Shown here: one piece after another, positions 39,168-48,217 of the stretch
How the letters are laid out: each line of letters begins with the position of its first letter
Numbering within the stretch: position 1 is the first letter of the stretch
NCBI GenBank assembly: GCA_965216875.1
Contig: OZ244207.1
Coordinates: forward strand, 5,568,001 to 5,632,000
DNA from: Rubripirellula sp.
Lineage (GTDB): Bacteria; Planctomycetota; Planctomycetia; Pirellulales; Pirellulaceae
Length of the DNA: 64,000 nt
Reading direction: 5' to 3'
Made by a program: the position numbers and the translations under genes
The notes under the pieces: generated by a model
What the model was told of the DNA's origin: nothing
Databases searched by the model: none
The model's input: only the letters and a program-made list of their open reading frames with translations

Positions 39168-39363
39168 GCCTCACCTTCGCTGTGTTCATGCAACGGCGGT
39201 TGACCACCATAGGCTGCCCCACCTCTACTCTGTTGAATAATCAGTCTACCAGCGAACGAACCCTTTGTGCCGTCAGCTTAATCGCTCGAGGATTCGATCG
39301 TTATTCGGCGGCGGGTAGGATTGGCTAAACTATGTCGCGTAGTCCCCATCTGCGTGATCTGAT

Positions 39364-39843
39364 ATGCCGCCGCCTCCGACCAAAAGTCTGCCCACCGTTA
39401 CCACCGCAACAAGGCTTGTCTACCTGGGGCCGTGCTTCCTTCTCGTTTGTGTAGCTGCGACACAGTTCTTTGTCGCTCATCGCACCAATCTAAGCCCGTG
39501 GAAAGGCGGTGGCTTTGGAATGTTTTCAAATAGCGACTCACCGGGCTCACGCAAGCTCGTCTGTGCCGCACTGGCTGATGGGGCTTGGATCCGCGTTCAA
39601 GCCCCAAAAGAATTCGATCGGCTGGAGTCGCGTCTAAGGTCGGTTGGCAGCGACTCGCTGGCACAACAGCTGGCTCGCAAACTCCATGACTTTGATCACC
39701 CTCTCTATTGCTCGGACAGCAAGCAGTACATCGACATTCGACAACTCGAAGCCATCCGAGTTTCACTCTATCGGCAAACGTGGGAACACGACAACGCGAA
39801 GGTAGGTTGGGATCTGCTTGTGCAAGCGGGGACAAAGCCATGA
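39364..39843 (+). CDS. SdpA-like single-TM protein (partner of HTTM protein)
   Basis: One TM then LSPWKGGGFGMFS; stop overlaps the next start (ATGA). Confidence 0.6.
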   Translation: MPPPPTKSLPTVTTATRLVYLGPCFLLVCVAATQFFVAHRTNLSPWKGGGFGMFSNSDSPGSRKLVCAALADGAWIRVQAPKEFDRLESRLRSVGSDSLAQQLARKLHDFDHPLYCSDSKQYIDIRQLEAIRVSLYRQTWEHDNAKVGWDLLVQAGTKP

Positions 39844-40718
39844 CCCAAATGCGACAGCAATTGGCCGCGTGGTACGGAACGTTTACCACGTTTGATTTCT
39901 GCAGCATCCTGACCTTAGTGATGCTCGCACAAGTCGGCCCTAGTCAGTCGGTGTTGCGCAGCGTCATTGCTACGATTGCCGTTGTCGGCATCGTTGTTCG
40001 CCCCCTGCAACGGTCAGTCGGGTTGTGGTTCACGATCTGTGTGTTCTACACGGCAGGCATCATCCTGAACTGGTGGTGGCTTGATAATCATGTTTGGCTC
40101 ATCGGATACTTGTGCCTCGCGTTACTCTTCGCGGCCGCTACGCCTGAGCATCAAGACTTAATCGTAATCCTCAATGCACGCTGGCTCATCTTCCTTTGCA
40201 TGGCGTTCGCTGTGCTGTGGAAGCTTGCCTCGCCAGACTATCTGACAGGTTCGTTCTTCACTGAAACCTTACTCACGGACAGCCGTTTTTTTGGTTTCGC
40301 TTCCCTCACTACTGGCATCCCAATTGCCGACCTCTACGCCAATCACACCCTCATTCATGGCTACGTCCCGGGCGGCATCGCCCAGCCCCCGGTGCTGACC
40401 ACAACCGGCGCGGTTGAAACCGTTGCCGCATTTATGACGTGGTGGACGATTGGTATCGAATCACTGCTGGCCGTGCTTTTCCTTCTGCCAAGCAATCGGT
40501 GGGTCGTAGCGTGCCGCAGTTGCGTCCTGCTCTTGTTCATTGGCACAACGTACTGGTTCGCCCCGGTGCTGGGTTTTGGCTGGGCTTTGGCGATTTGCGG
40601 GCTAGCCTCCGTTCGTCAGCACGGATTCAGGGTCGCATTTCTGCTTGCATTCTTCTTTGTGCAGCTCTTCCAAGCTCCCTATGAGTCGGTTTTTCGTGCC
40701 CTTGGTTTTCTAAATTGA
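39840..40718 (+). CDS. HTTM-domain polytopic membrane protein (SdpB / vitamin K-dependent gamma-carboxylase-like)
   Basis: WLDNHVWL, ARWLIFLCMAFAVLWKLASPDYLTG and TWWTIGIE in the order expected for HTTM. Confidence 0.7.
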   Translation: MTQMRQQLAAWYGTFTTFDFCSILTLVMLAQVGPSQSVLRSVIATIAVVGIVVRPLQRSVGLWFTICVFYTAGIILNWWWLDNHVWLIGYLCLALLFAAATPEHQDLIVILNARWLIFLCMAFAVLWKLASPDYLTGSFFTETLLTDSRFFGFASLTTGIPIADLYANHTLIHGYVPGGIAQPPVLTTTGAVETVAAFMTWWTIGIESLLAVLFLLPSNRWVVACRSCVLLLFIGTTYWFAPVLGFGWALAICGLASVRQHGFRVAFLLAFFFVQLFQAPYESVFRALGFLN

Positions 40719-40783
40719 CTCGCGTCCCCCTTTTCGGTGTATATTTTCGGGTCGATTCGATCTGCCTACCCAAAGCCGAAGCC

Positions 40784-40924
40784 ATGAAAAAAATTGCTTT
40801 AATCGCAGCCGCATTGTTGGTACTCGGGACAGCCACCGCATACGCGTTCAATGCGTTTGAGGGTGGGCCAACATCTGGTTATGAGGAAGACCGACCTGTG
40901 CCAGCGGCCCCTGAAGAAGACTGA
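40784..40924 (+). CDS. 46-aa secreted acidic peptide
   Basis: MKKIALIAAALLVLGTATAYA|FNAFEGGPTSGYEEDRPVPAAPEED*; typical Sec signal ending AYA. Confidence 0.72.
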   Translation: MKKIALIAAALLVLGTATAYAFNAFEGGPTSGYEEDRPVPAAPEED

Positions 40925-40983
40925 ATTGAACTGCTAGAAATGCGATTAGATCTAGCTGAGGCCCACCTGTCGAATGCCGATTC

Positions 40984-41637
40984 ATGCACCAAGTTCCAAC
41001 CGATGACATCCGGCAGGTAGGCAAAGGCCTTGTCCGAACCTTCAGGTTAAACTGTCCTAGTTGCGGTGAGTCGGGCGTCTTTTCCACTATGCATCCGACC
41101 CCATCCCCACCAGCTAAGACGACAGTTTGTATTGCACATTGCCCCGGCTGCAATTTCCGAATCCGAGTGGTGAACATAGAGGACGATGACGGACTGCTGG
41201 TATTCGTCCATCCAGAGCCATCGACGCGTCTACCGCTTGGCGAGAGAATCACCGCGATCGAAGCGGTCGATCGAGCATACCACTCAGCGGTCAACGCCTA
41301 TAACTCAGGGTTATGGCCGTCGTGTGCTGTCGCATGCAGAAGGACTTTGGAAGGGATCATCAAAGTTCGAAGCGACGAGAGTGACGGTACCCTATTTGCT
41401 CGCTTGCAGTCTTTCTTTGAAAACGAGGATCTTTCGGAACCGTTGATTCATCTTACAGGGCGAATTCGCGAAGGAGGTAACCTGGGGGCTCACTTCGATC
41501 TTGAAAAGGAGCCGACAGAAGAAGTCGCTCGGATGATGCTCGACTTGATCGAGTACTTCTTGGAGTTTCTTTTCATACTCCCCGTGCGGTCAAGGGCGTT
41601 AGAAGAGAGCTTGGGTCAATTAGATAGCGACAGTTAG
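40984..41637 (+). CDS. DUF4145 (HEPN-like) domain protein with N-terminal Zn ribbon
   Basis: CPSC..CPGC; AYHSAVNAY..CAVACRRTLEGI..TLFARL..IREGGNLGAH. Confidence 0.85.
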   Translation: MHQVPTDDIRQVGKGLVRTFRLNCPSCGESGVFSTMHPTPSPPAKTTVCIAHCPGCNFRIRVVNIEDDDGLLVFVHPEPSTRLPLGERITAIEAVDRAYHSAVNAYNSGLWPSCAVACRRTLEGIIKVRSDESDGTLFARLQSFFENEDLSEPLIHLTGRIREGGNLGAHFDLEKEPTEEVARMMLDLIEYFLEFLFILPVRSRALEESLGQLDSDS

Positions 41638-41829
41638 CCAGAACTTTCGCCGCCCACATCCGCGAAGTGAGTTGTACCACAGTCCTTTTAGCGACAATCA
41701 GAATTGTCGAGCTAACCACTCGATGAAATGTAGTCGCGGTTGGTCCCGCGATTCTCTCGGGTACGTGTGCGAAACCGCGATACGCCTCCTTGAGTCATCT
41801 TTCAACATAAGGTTTTAGTGAAGGATTGA

Positions 41830-42306
41830 ATGGTCGCTGGTAGTCGCTTTTACGAAGTGTATAAGAATTGCGATCTTGACCGGTCGGTGTGGCATGATTC
41901 GGCTACTCCCTGGATGACGACGAAGATACCATTCCTACTCCACACAAATTGAAAACGTGTTCTCGATGCCGGGTGTGGCGATGACCGCAATGTTTTGCCA
42001 TTCGCTGAAGCTGGATTTGAAGTAACGGGCGTAGATGGATCGAACGCAGGTATACAACGCGCGCGTCAGAGGCTTGGTGATTCGCTTAACGTCACGCTAG
42101 TCGATGACAATCTGGAACAAAACGAATTCGATTCGGAGTTCGACGTGGTCGTCTGCGACTACGTATTTGCGCACCTCGAAAACCAGCTGGATATCGAATT
42201 CCTAGCTGAAGATGCCCCGAGTTTCAGCAACGGCAAGGAATTGTGGCGGACCGCTTCATTGCGTGTTGGCCGACTCTTGGCCTTTGAACTATCACACCGC
42301 GCATAA
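41830..42306 (+). pseudogene. Class I SAM methyltransferase pseudogene
   Basis: In-frame TGA at 41950-41952 just before KRVLDAGCGDDRN; motif I altered; C-terminal part appears internally deleted. Confidence 0.75.
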
Positions 42307-42341
42307 AAAACGCACCTGACACGGGGAACCAGGCCAGGTGC
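42305..42341 (-). terminator. Intrinsic terminator-like hairpin downstream of gspG
   Basis: Minus strand GCACCTGGC-CTGGTTCCCCGT-GTCAGGTGC-GTTTTTT. Confidence 0.65.
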
Positions 42342-42450
42342 TAGGCGACAAGGCAGAGCCGCCGAAGTTCACTCTAGTGGTATTTGGGACGGCATGCCAC
42401 AAGTGCATTGCAAACCTATTCGCGCACAACAGCTTGCACGGAGGTGCTAA

Positions 42451-42885
42451 CTATCCCCGTGATTGAATATCGCTGCTCGACAGATCCTTGTCCGCCCCCG
42501 TGCCGCCTTCTTTGTGATCCGCTCCGTAACAAAGAACATCGTAGGGACGCGTCTTTCCTGGCGAGACGTATTCGTATGGATTGCCCCAGGGATCGTTTGG
42601 CACAAAACTCAGAATGCCTTCAGCGAACTTGTCGGTTGGCGTGGCAAGGATGGCAAGCCCCTCTTGGCTTGTCGGGTAACGGTCGTACATCGTGTAAAAG
42701 GTTTCGAGCGCTTCGCACACCTTGCTAATCTCCACCTCGGCCATGCCTTGCTTGCTGGTGATCAGGTAGCCGCGAACGCTTAGCGTCACCGCCCCCGTCA
42801 ACAGTCCTAGGATCACAAGCACGACCATCATTTCGACGAGCGTGAATGCCTTCGTTGTTACATGATCTCTATCCCGCAAGGACAT
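42451..42885 (-). CDS. gspG: Type II secretion major pseudopilin
   Basis: AFTLVEMMVVLVILG, RYPTSQEGL, DPWGNPYEYVSPG, YGADHKEGGTGADKDL. Confidence 0.92.
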   Translation of the reverse strand: MSLRDRDHVTTKAFTLVEMMVVLVILGLLTGAVTLSVRGYLITSKQGMAEVEISKVCEALETFYTMYDRYPTSQEGLAILATPTDKFAEGILSFVPNDPWGNPYEYVSPGKTRPYDVLCYGADHKEGGTGADKDLSSSDIQSRG

Positions 42886-44077
42886 TGCCTGCCTCCAATA
42901 TCGGAAGTACGGTTGCAAAAAGTATGAAGCCGACAACGATCGAGAGCATGACGATCAATGCCGGTTCCAGGATCGTGGTCATTCGTGTGGCGAGTTGTTC
43001 CGCCTGGCGATCGTAGTCATCACCGAGTCGCTGCAACATGCGATCGAGTTGCCCGCTTTGTTGGCCAAGTGCAAATACCTGTGCGATTGAATGTGAAAAG
43101 ATCGGGTGCTTTTGTGCCGACTCTCTTAGGTCACGCCCTACCTTGAGATCTTCTTGCATCTCGGACAACGCGGAACGCAGCAATCGGTTGGTAGCTGAAC
43201 GTTCAGCGATCGCCAGGGCATCAACCAATTCCACGCCAGAACGCAGCAGACTGCTCACCACAAGTGCCATACGGCTAAGGGCTTGCTTTTGTACGAGCGT
43301 CCCAACAATGGGCAACGTCAATGCAACCCGATCAAGCCGGACTCGCCCACGCTCCGTTCGTAGGTGCGCTACTAGGCCAACCATGAGCAATGCCAGCCCA
43401 ACGAAAACGAATGGACCGTAGTCGAGCAGCGTGTCGCTTATCCATTTCAATATAAGCGTTGGTAGCGGCAGGTCCTGTCCCATCTCAAGCAGATTCTGAA
43501 GCAACATGGGGACAACAACGGTCATCAGGAAAACGGTCACCGCAACGCTGATCACCATCACAATCATCGGGTACAGTAGCGCCGAGATGACGCGATCCTT
43601 GAGCTGGCCGCTTCGTTCGCGAAAACCAGCGATGTGCTCGCAGACTTCATCGAGGTTACCCGCGTGCTCGCCGACGCGAACCATGCCGATCGTCATTTCG
43701 TCGAAGATCGTCGGTTCATCGGCCATTGCATCGGCGAGGCTTGATCCGCTCGACACTTTGTCTCGGACGGCGAGCATAGCATCGTGAAAACCGCCTCGCG
43801 TTTGCGGCAGCAACGAATCGATAGCGTCCAGCAGCGATACACCCGCTTGCAGCAGAGTGGACAACTCGCGTATCGCGTCGGTCAATTGATTCCTGTAACG
43901 ACCTGTCCGGCGTATCGTGAGCGTTTGGCCTTTGCTCGATGCTCGTTCGGCGACCGACTCGACGCGCAACCCGCTGCCGCGCAGCTGCTGCCGCGCATGT
44001 CGCCCGCTGGCCGCAGTGATCGTTCCGCGGCATCGCCGTCCGGTCTGATCGATCGCTCTGTATGCAAAAGTTGCCAT
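42869..44077 (-). CDS. gspF: Type II secretion inner-membrane platform protein
   Basis: MATFAYRAID, ELSTLLQAGVSLLDA, VGEHAGNL, ALLYP, LPLPT, LEPALIV. Confidence 0.93.
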   Translation of the reverse strand: MATFAYRAIDQTGRRCRGTITAASGRHARQQLRGSGLRVESVAERASSKGQTLTIRRTGRYRNQLTDAIRELSTLLQAGVSLLDAIDSLLPQTRGGFHDAMLAVRDKVSSGSSLADAMADEPTIFDEMTIGMVRVGEHAGNLDEVCEHIAGFRERSGQLKDRVISALLYPMIVMVISVAVTVFLMTVVVPMLLQNLLEMGQDLPLPTLILKWISDTLLDYGPFVFVGLALLMVGLVAHLRTERGRVRLDRVALTLPIVGTLVQKQALSRMALVVSSLLRSGVELVDALAIAERSATNRLLRSALSEMQEDLKVGRDLRESAQKHPIFSHSIAQVFALGQQSGQLDRMLQRLGDDYDRQAEQLATRMTTILEPALIVMLSIVVGFILFATVLPILEAGNVLAG

Positions 44078-44111
44078 CGCCCCGTTTCAGTCGTTCCTTG
44101 CTTCTTTGTTG

Positions 44112-45584
44112 CTAAAGTGCAGTACGCATCGTGACTCGGTCAATCTCTTCGCTGGTGGTCACACCCGCTTCGACTTTTTCAAGTCCCGATTCTCGCAACA
44201 ATCGCATGCCTCGATTGATGCCTGCTTCACGGATCTCTGAAGCATGCGCGCGACGTTGAATCAAATCGCGAATCGTATCGTCAAGCACTAGTAGTTCGTA
44301 GATGCCTTCCCTTCCACGATAACCTGTCCCTCGACAGGTTTGGCAAGAACTCACTTGTTTTTCGTGACCTCGACAGTTTGTGCAAACCCGTCGCACCAAC
44401 CGTTGAGCCATCACGGCCAGGACACTACTGGATACCAAATAGGGCTCAATCCCAAGGTCTAGCATTCGTGTGACTGCACTTGCGGCGTCATTCGTGTGCA
44501 ACGTGCTGAAAACCAAGTGTCCTGTCAATGCAGCTTGCACGGCCATCACCGCGGTTTCTTGGTCGCGTATCTCGCCGAGCATGATGATGTCGGGATCCTG
44601 TCTCAAAACGCTTCGTAGACCACTAGCGAACGTCATTCCTTTCTTCGTGTTGATTTGCGTCTGACTGATACTCTCGAGCTGGTATTCGATGGGATCTTCG
44701 AGCGTGACCGCGTTTCGTGAATCTGTATCAAGCTCCTGCAGCGCTGCGTAAAGCGTCGTGCTTTTGCCGCTTCCCGTTGGACCGGTGACCAAGACCAGGC
44801 CGTGTTCGGCGTGGATGACACTTTGGAACCGGTTCAATGTTCGAGTGTCCATGCCAATTTCAGCCAATTCGTAGAGCCTGGCGCTCTTGTCGAGCAGTCG
44901 AACGACAACGCGTTCGCCAAAGCTTGTTGGCATCGAAGCGAGGCGCAGGTCAATGATTCGCTGGCCAACACATACGGTCGCACGTCCATCTTGTGGCAAA
45001 CGTTTTTCGGCGATATTCATTTTCCCGGCGACTTTGAGCCGACTCACAACTTCATCCTGAACCGACTTTGGAATCTGCCGCACTTCGGTCAGCACACCAT
45101 CGATCCGCATGCGCACAACCATCGACTCTTCGAATGGTTGTAAATGGATGTCAGAAGCACGCTGTTGGATCGCGTCAAGAAGTAAAGAATTGACAAGCTG
45201 AACGACTGGACCTCGCGTGTCTGTCTCAAGCAAATCGTCGCGATTGACATTTGTCGGAGCATTTAACAACTCATCCAAGCTAACCGCATCGGAGTTTGCC
45301 AATGAGTTTCGCGATGCCTGTTTTTCATAAGCTTCATCGATCAAACCCTGAAGTTTTTCTACGTCAATCAGCTCGATGGCAATCGGGTTTCCCAGCAGTC
45401 GACCGATGTTGTCAGACAAGCGGTGCGACACTTCGCCGCCGCAAAGCAGTCGAACTTGGTCCTTATCGTCGCATGCTGCCAGGACATTATGCCGCCGGCA
45501 ATACTCAATCGAAAATCGTTCAAGAAAAGGCGCATAAGCCTTCCAAGTTTCAATCGGTCGTGTGTTGGTTGTTTCACTTCGCAT
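44112..45584 (-). CDS. gspE: Type II secretion ATPase
   Basis: ASDIH, EKRLPQDG, GPTGSGKSTT, TLEDPIE, LRQDPDIIMLGEIRD, TGHLVFSTLHTND, CTNC..CQTC. Confidence 0.95.
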   Translation of the reverse strand: MRSETTNTRPIETWKAYAPFLERFSIEYCRRHNVLAACDDKDQVRLLCGGEVSHRLSDNIGRLLGNPIAIELIDVEKLQGLIDEAYEKQASRNSLANSDAVSLDELLNAPTNVNRDDLLETDTRGPVVQLVNSLLLDAIQQRASDIHLQPFEESMVVRMRIDGVLTEVRQIPKSVQDEVVSRLKVAGKMNIAEKRLPQDGRATVCVGQRIIDLRLASMPTSFGERVVVRLLDKSARLYELAEIGMDTRTLNRFQSVIHAEHGLVLVTGPTGSGKSTTLYAALQELDTDSRNAVTLEDPIEYQLESISQTQINTKKGMTFASGLRSVLRQDPDIIMLGEIRDQETAVMAVQAALTGHLVFSTLHTNDAASAVTRMLDLGIEPYLVSSSVLAVMAQRLVRRVCTNCRGHEKQVSSCQTCRGTGYRGREGIYELLVLDDTIRDLIQRRAHASEIREAGINRGMRLLRESGLEKVEAGVTTSEEIDRVTMRTAL

Positions 45585-45676
45585 TTGCGAAATCTGATTT
45601 AAGGATCAATGAAGTGCGTCGCGCTCCGCACGCTATTGTCGCCTTTCGCTCCGCGAAATTTGCGCCGCTTGTAGGA

Positions 45677-45710
45677 GAGAAGATTCCGGCTAAAGCTCGG
45701 TACTACGAAC
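45677..45710. repeat. REP, GTAGTAC family, inside the island
   Basis: AGATTCCGGCTAAAGCTCGGTACTACGAAC, identical to the copy at about 765-794. Confidence 0.8.
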
Positions 45711-46159
45711 AACTGGCTCAAACAATCACAGCCGCCCCGCGAAAGTTGCAATTGCACAACGTTTTTATGCACATCACGCTACCTTGCCGAAGCCACGTCA
45801 AGCATACATCGCGTCGTGTCGCAACGAACAACGTACAAAAAGCTCAATGCGGCGTTGAGCGCGCACAAGTATGACTGACAACAAACGATCTAGATTTTTT
45901 TTGGAAGTCGTAAGTCACTATTGCGTGCGTCGTCGCAACGGCTCTTTCGCTTTGACAAAAACGGGAGTTGCGCGTTTGTAGTTTGGTTCTACTAAGAACA
46001 ACTTGCGCGCCTTCGCGATCATTTTATTTTGCCCAAACTGTTGACAACCGAATTCGGAACGGCAATTGTGAAATTACTACTCACGGGTGCGTTCGGTTCA
46101 CCGATTTCACTACGTGTATTTCTCCTCAAATAATGCATCCAATCGCTGGGGTACTGCGA

Positions 46160-48217
46160 ATGGGCAGACGGGCACTGAGTCTGTTTGTGGTGGGATTGTT
46201 GGCTATCCAGGCAGGGTTGCTAACTCATTCCGCCAAAACGAATAGTCCAACATTCGACGAAGTCGGGCATCTTGCTGCCGGACTTTCTCACTGGGAACTT
46301 GGACGTTACGAGCTTTATAGCGTTAATCCGCCACTCGTGCGGACGATCGCCGCGGCACCAGTTGCACTTTGGTCAAAACCAGAAGTCGACTGGGGGCACT
46401 ACCGCGACGATCCTTCAAAAAGAACGGAGATTTTCGTCGGTCGTCGATTGATCGAACTCAACGGCGAAGACTCCTTTAACCACTTCTTCTACGCCCGGTT
46501 GGCGGTGATTCCCATCGCCTTACTTGGCGGGTTGCTTTGCTTTCTCTGGGCGAAGGATTTGTTTGGATCCACCGCCGGCCTGATAGCGCTCGCGCTGTGG
46601 ACCTTTTCGCCAAACGTCTTGGCTTACGGGGCCGTTATTACGCCCGACATGGGGTCGACGGTCGCGTTATTGGGGACCAGCTATCTCTTTTGGCGTTGGC
46701 TGAAAGAACCGAGTCTGGGTTGGGCGTTTTCGCTCTCGGCCGCACTCGGACTGGCGATGTTGACCAAGTCGGTTTGGCTCGGTTTGCCGTTCGCATTTGC
46801 CGCAATCTGGTTGGCGGCGAGGGTCTTTGACCGTCGCTCGAAAACGGATGAAAGCGAGCAAGCTGGCGAAGGAGAATCTCGGTCAGCTTGGATTTCGGGT
46901 CGGCGTGGCGAGGCCTTGCAGCTCGTAGCCGTCGCCACGTTGGCTCTCGTCTTCGTCAACGGTTTCTACGGATTCGAAAAAACATTTAGTCGCCTTGGTG
47001 AGTTCTCCTTCGTTAGCACCAGCTTTTCAGGTAATCTGGCCGAGTTGGTCGGAAGCTACTCCGATTGCATTGGGTGCCCCGAGAACGATCGCTTCAATGT
47101 CGAAAAGGGGAATCGGTTCGCCGGATCACTTCTTGGTTCTGTGCCAGTCCCGCTACCGGCTAACTATTTGCAGGGGATCGATATCCAAGTCCACGACTTT
47201 GAACGTGGCGCGTACGATTCCGCTTGGAAAAGCTATTTGTTGGGCCAGTGGAAGCAAGGCGGCTGGTGGTACTACTACATCGTCGGGCTGTTCTTCAAGG
47301 TTCCGATCGTCATTTGGTTGATGCTTGGTGCGGGGTCAATTGCTGCCCTCTCCTGGCGACCCGAACGCCAAAAACTGTTGGGGGTGATCTGCCTATGGGG
47401 ACCCGCGATTGGATTGTTTGTCGTCGCAAGTGCCTGTACCGGATTGAACCGATACATTCGCTACGTGCTACCCGTCCTTCCAGTGCTTCTGATTTGGGCG
47501 AGTCAAGTTGGACGATGGGTGGAATCCACCAACGAGAACTTTCAAAAGAAAGCTCGCATTGCGATCGCAGTCGGTTGTGTTTGGCTAGCCGCGACATCGC
47601 TTTGGAATGCTCCCGGTCACCTCAGCTATTTCAACGTTGCCGCCGGTGGTCCGAGTCAAGGGCACGAGGTTCTCTGTGATAGCAACATCGATTGGGGGCA
47701 AGACCTGATTCGGTTAAAGCAGTGGATAGAAGACAACCCAGGCGAAAGCGGCGAACTTTCGTTGGCTTACTTTGGTGGATTCGATCCGGCGACGGTCGGC
47801 TTGCAGTACAAGTTGCCGCCAAGGTATTTCGGCGATAGCGATTCCCAGCAACCGGCCTTCCGGATGAGTCCGGGCACCTATGCGGTCAGCAAGAGTTTGA
47901 TTGCAGGCCATTCGATGCCAGTGCCCGATGGCTACAACCCCATGAGGTTCCGCCTCTTTGGTCCCGGCGTCTTTTCGTACTTTGGCGAGCTTGAGCCGGC
48001 CGGTCGGATCGGTCATTCGATCAATTTGTACAAGGTGTCCAAGGAGCAAGCCGACAAACTTGCGGTTGATTTGAATCAACGGACGCTTGAGATGCGAAAA
48101 CTGGCACGGCAGCGTCGCGAAGCTCAACAACCAACCGTCGCCAAAGCGAGACCGGCGCAGGTCGACGTTGCCAAAGATGAACAGCAGAGTGTGGTCGTAA
48201 CGGAATCGGAATCGTGA
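46160..48217 (+). CDS. ArnT/PMT-like (GT-C fold) integral membrane glycosyltransferase
   Basis: SPTFDEVGHL, NPPL, PNVLAYGAVITPD, AMLTKS, GWWYYY, IRYVLP, LSYFN, DSNIDWGQDL. Confidence 0.88.
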   Translation: MGRRALSLFVVGLLAIQAGLLTHSAKTNSPTFDEVGHLAAGLSHWELGRYELYSVNPPLVRTIAAAPVALWSKPEVDWGHYRDDPSKRTEIFVGRRLIELNGEDSFNHFFYARLAVIPIALLGGLLCFLWAKDLFGSTAGLIALALWTFSPNVLAYGAVITPDMGSTVALLGTSYLFWRWLKEPSLGWAFSLSAALGLAMLTKSVWLGLPFAFAAIWLAARVFDRRSKTDESEQAGEGESRSAWISGRRGEALQLVAVATLALVFVNGFYGFEKTFSRLGEFSFVSTSFSGNLAELVGSYSDCIGCPENDRFNVEKGNRFAGSLLGSVPVPLPANYLQGIDIQVHDFERGAYDSAWKSYLLGQWKQGGWWYYYIVGLFFKVPIVIWLMLGAGSIAALSWRPERQKLLGVICLWGPAIGLFVVASACTGLNRYIRYVLPVLPVLLIWASQVGRWVESTNENFQKKARIAIAVGCVWLAATSLWNAPGHLSYFNVAAGGPSQGHEVLCDSNIDWGQDLIRLKQWIEDNPGESGELSLAYFGGFDPATVGLQYKLPPRYFGDSDSQQPAFRMSPGTYAVSKSLIAGHSMPVPDGYNPMRFRLFGPGVFSYFGELEPAGRIGHSINLYKVSKEQADKLAVDLNQRTLEMRKLARQRREAQQPTVAKARPAQVDVAKDEQQSVVVTESES

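Noticed and set aside
41950..41952. Selenocysteine or readthrough at the in-frame TGA
   Set aside because: Not a catalytic Cys position, and the gene shows other decay (altered motif I, missing C-terminal part).
45952..46070. sigma70 promoters at the two TTGACA hexamers before the GT gene
   Set aside because: No convincing -10 hexamer at 16-18 nt spacing.
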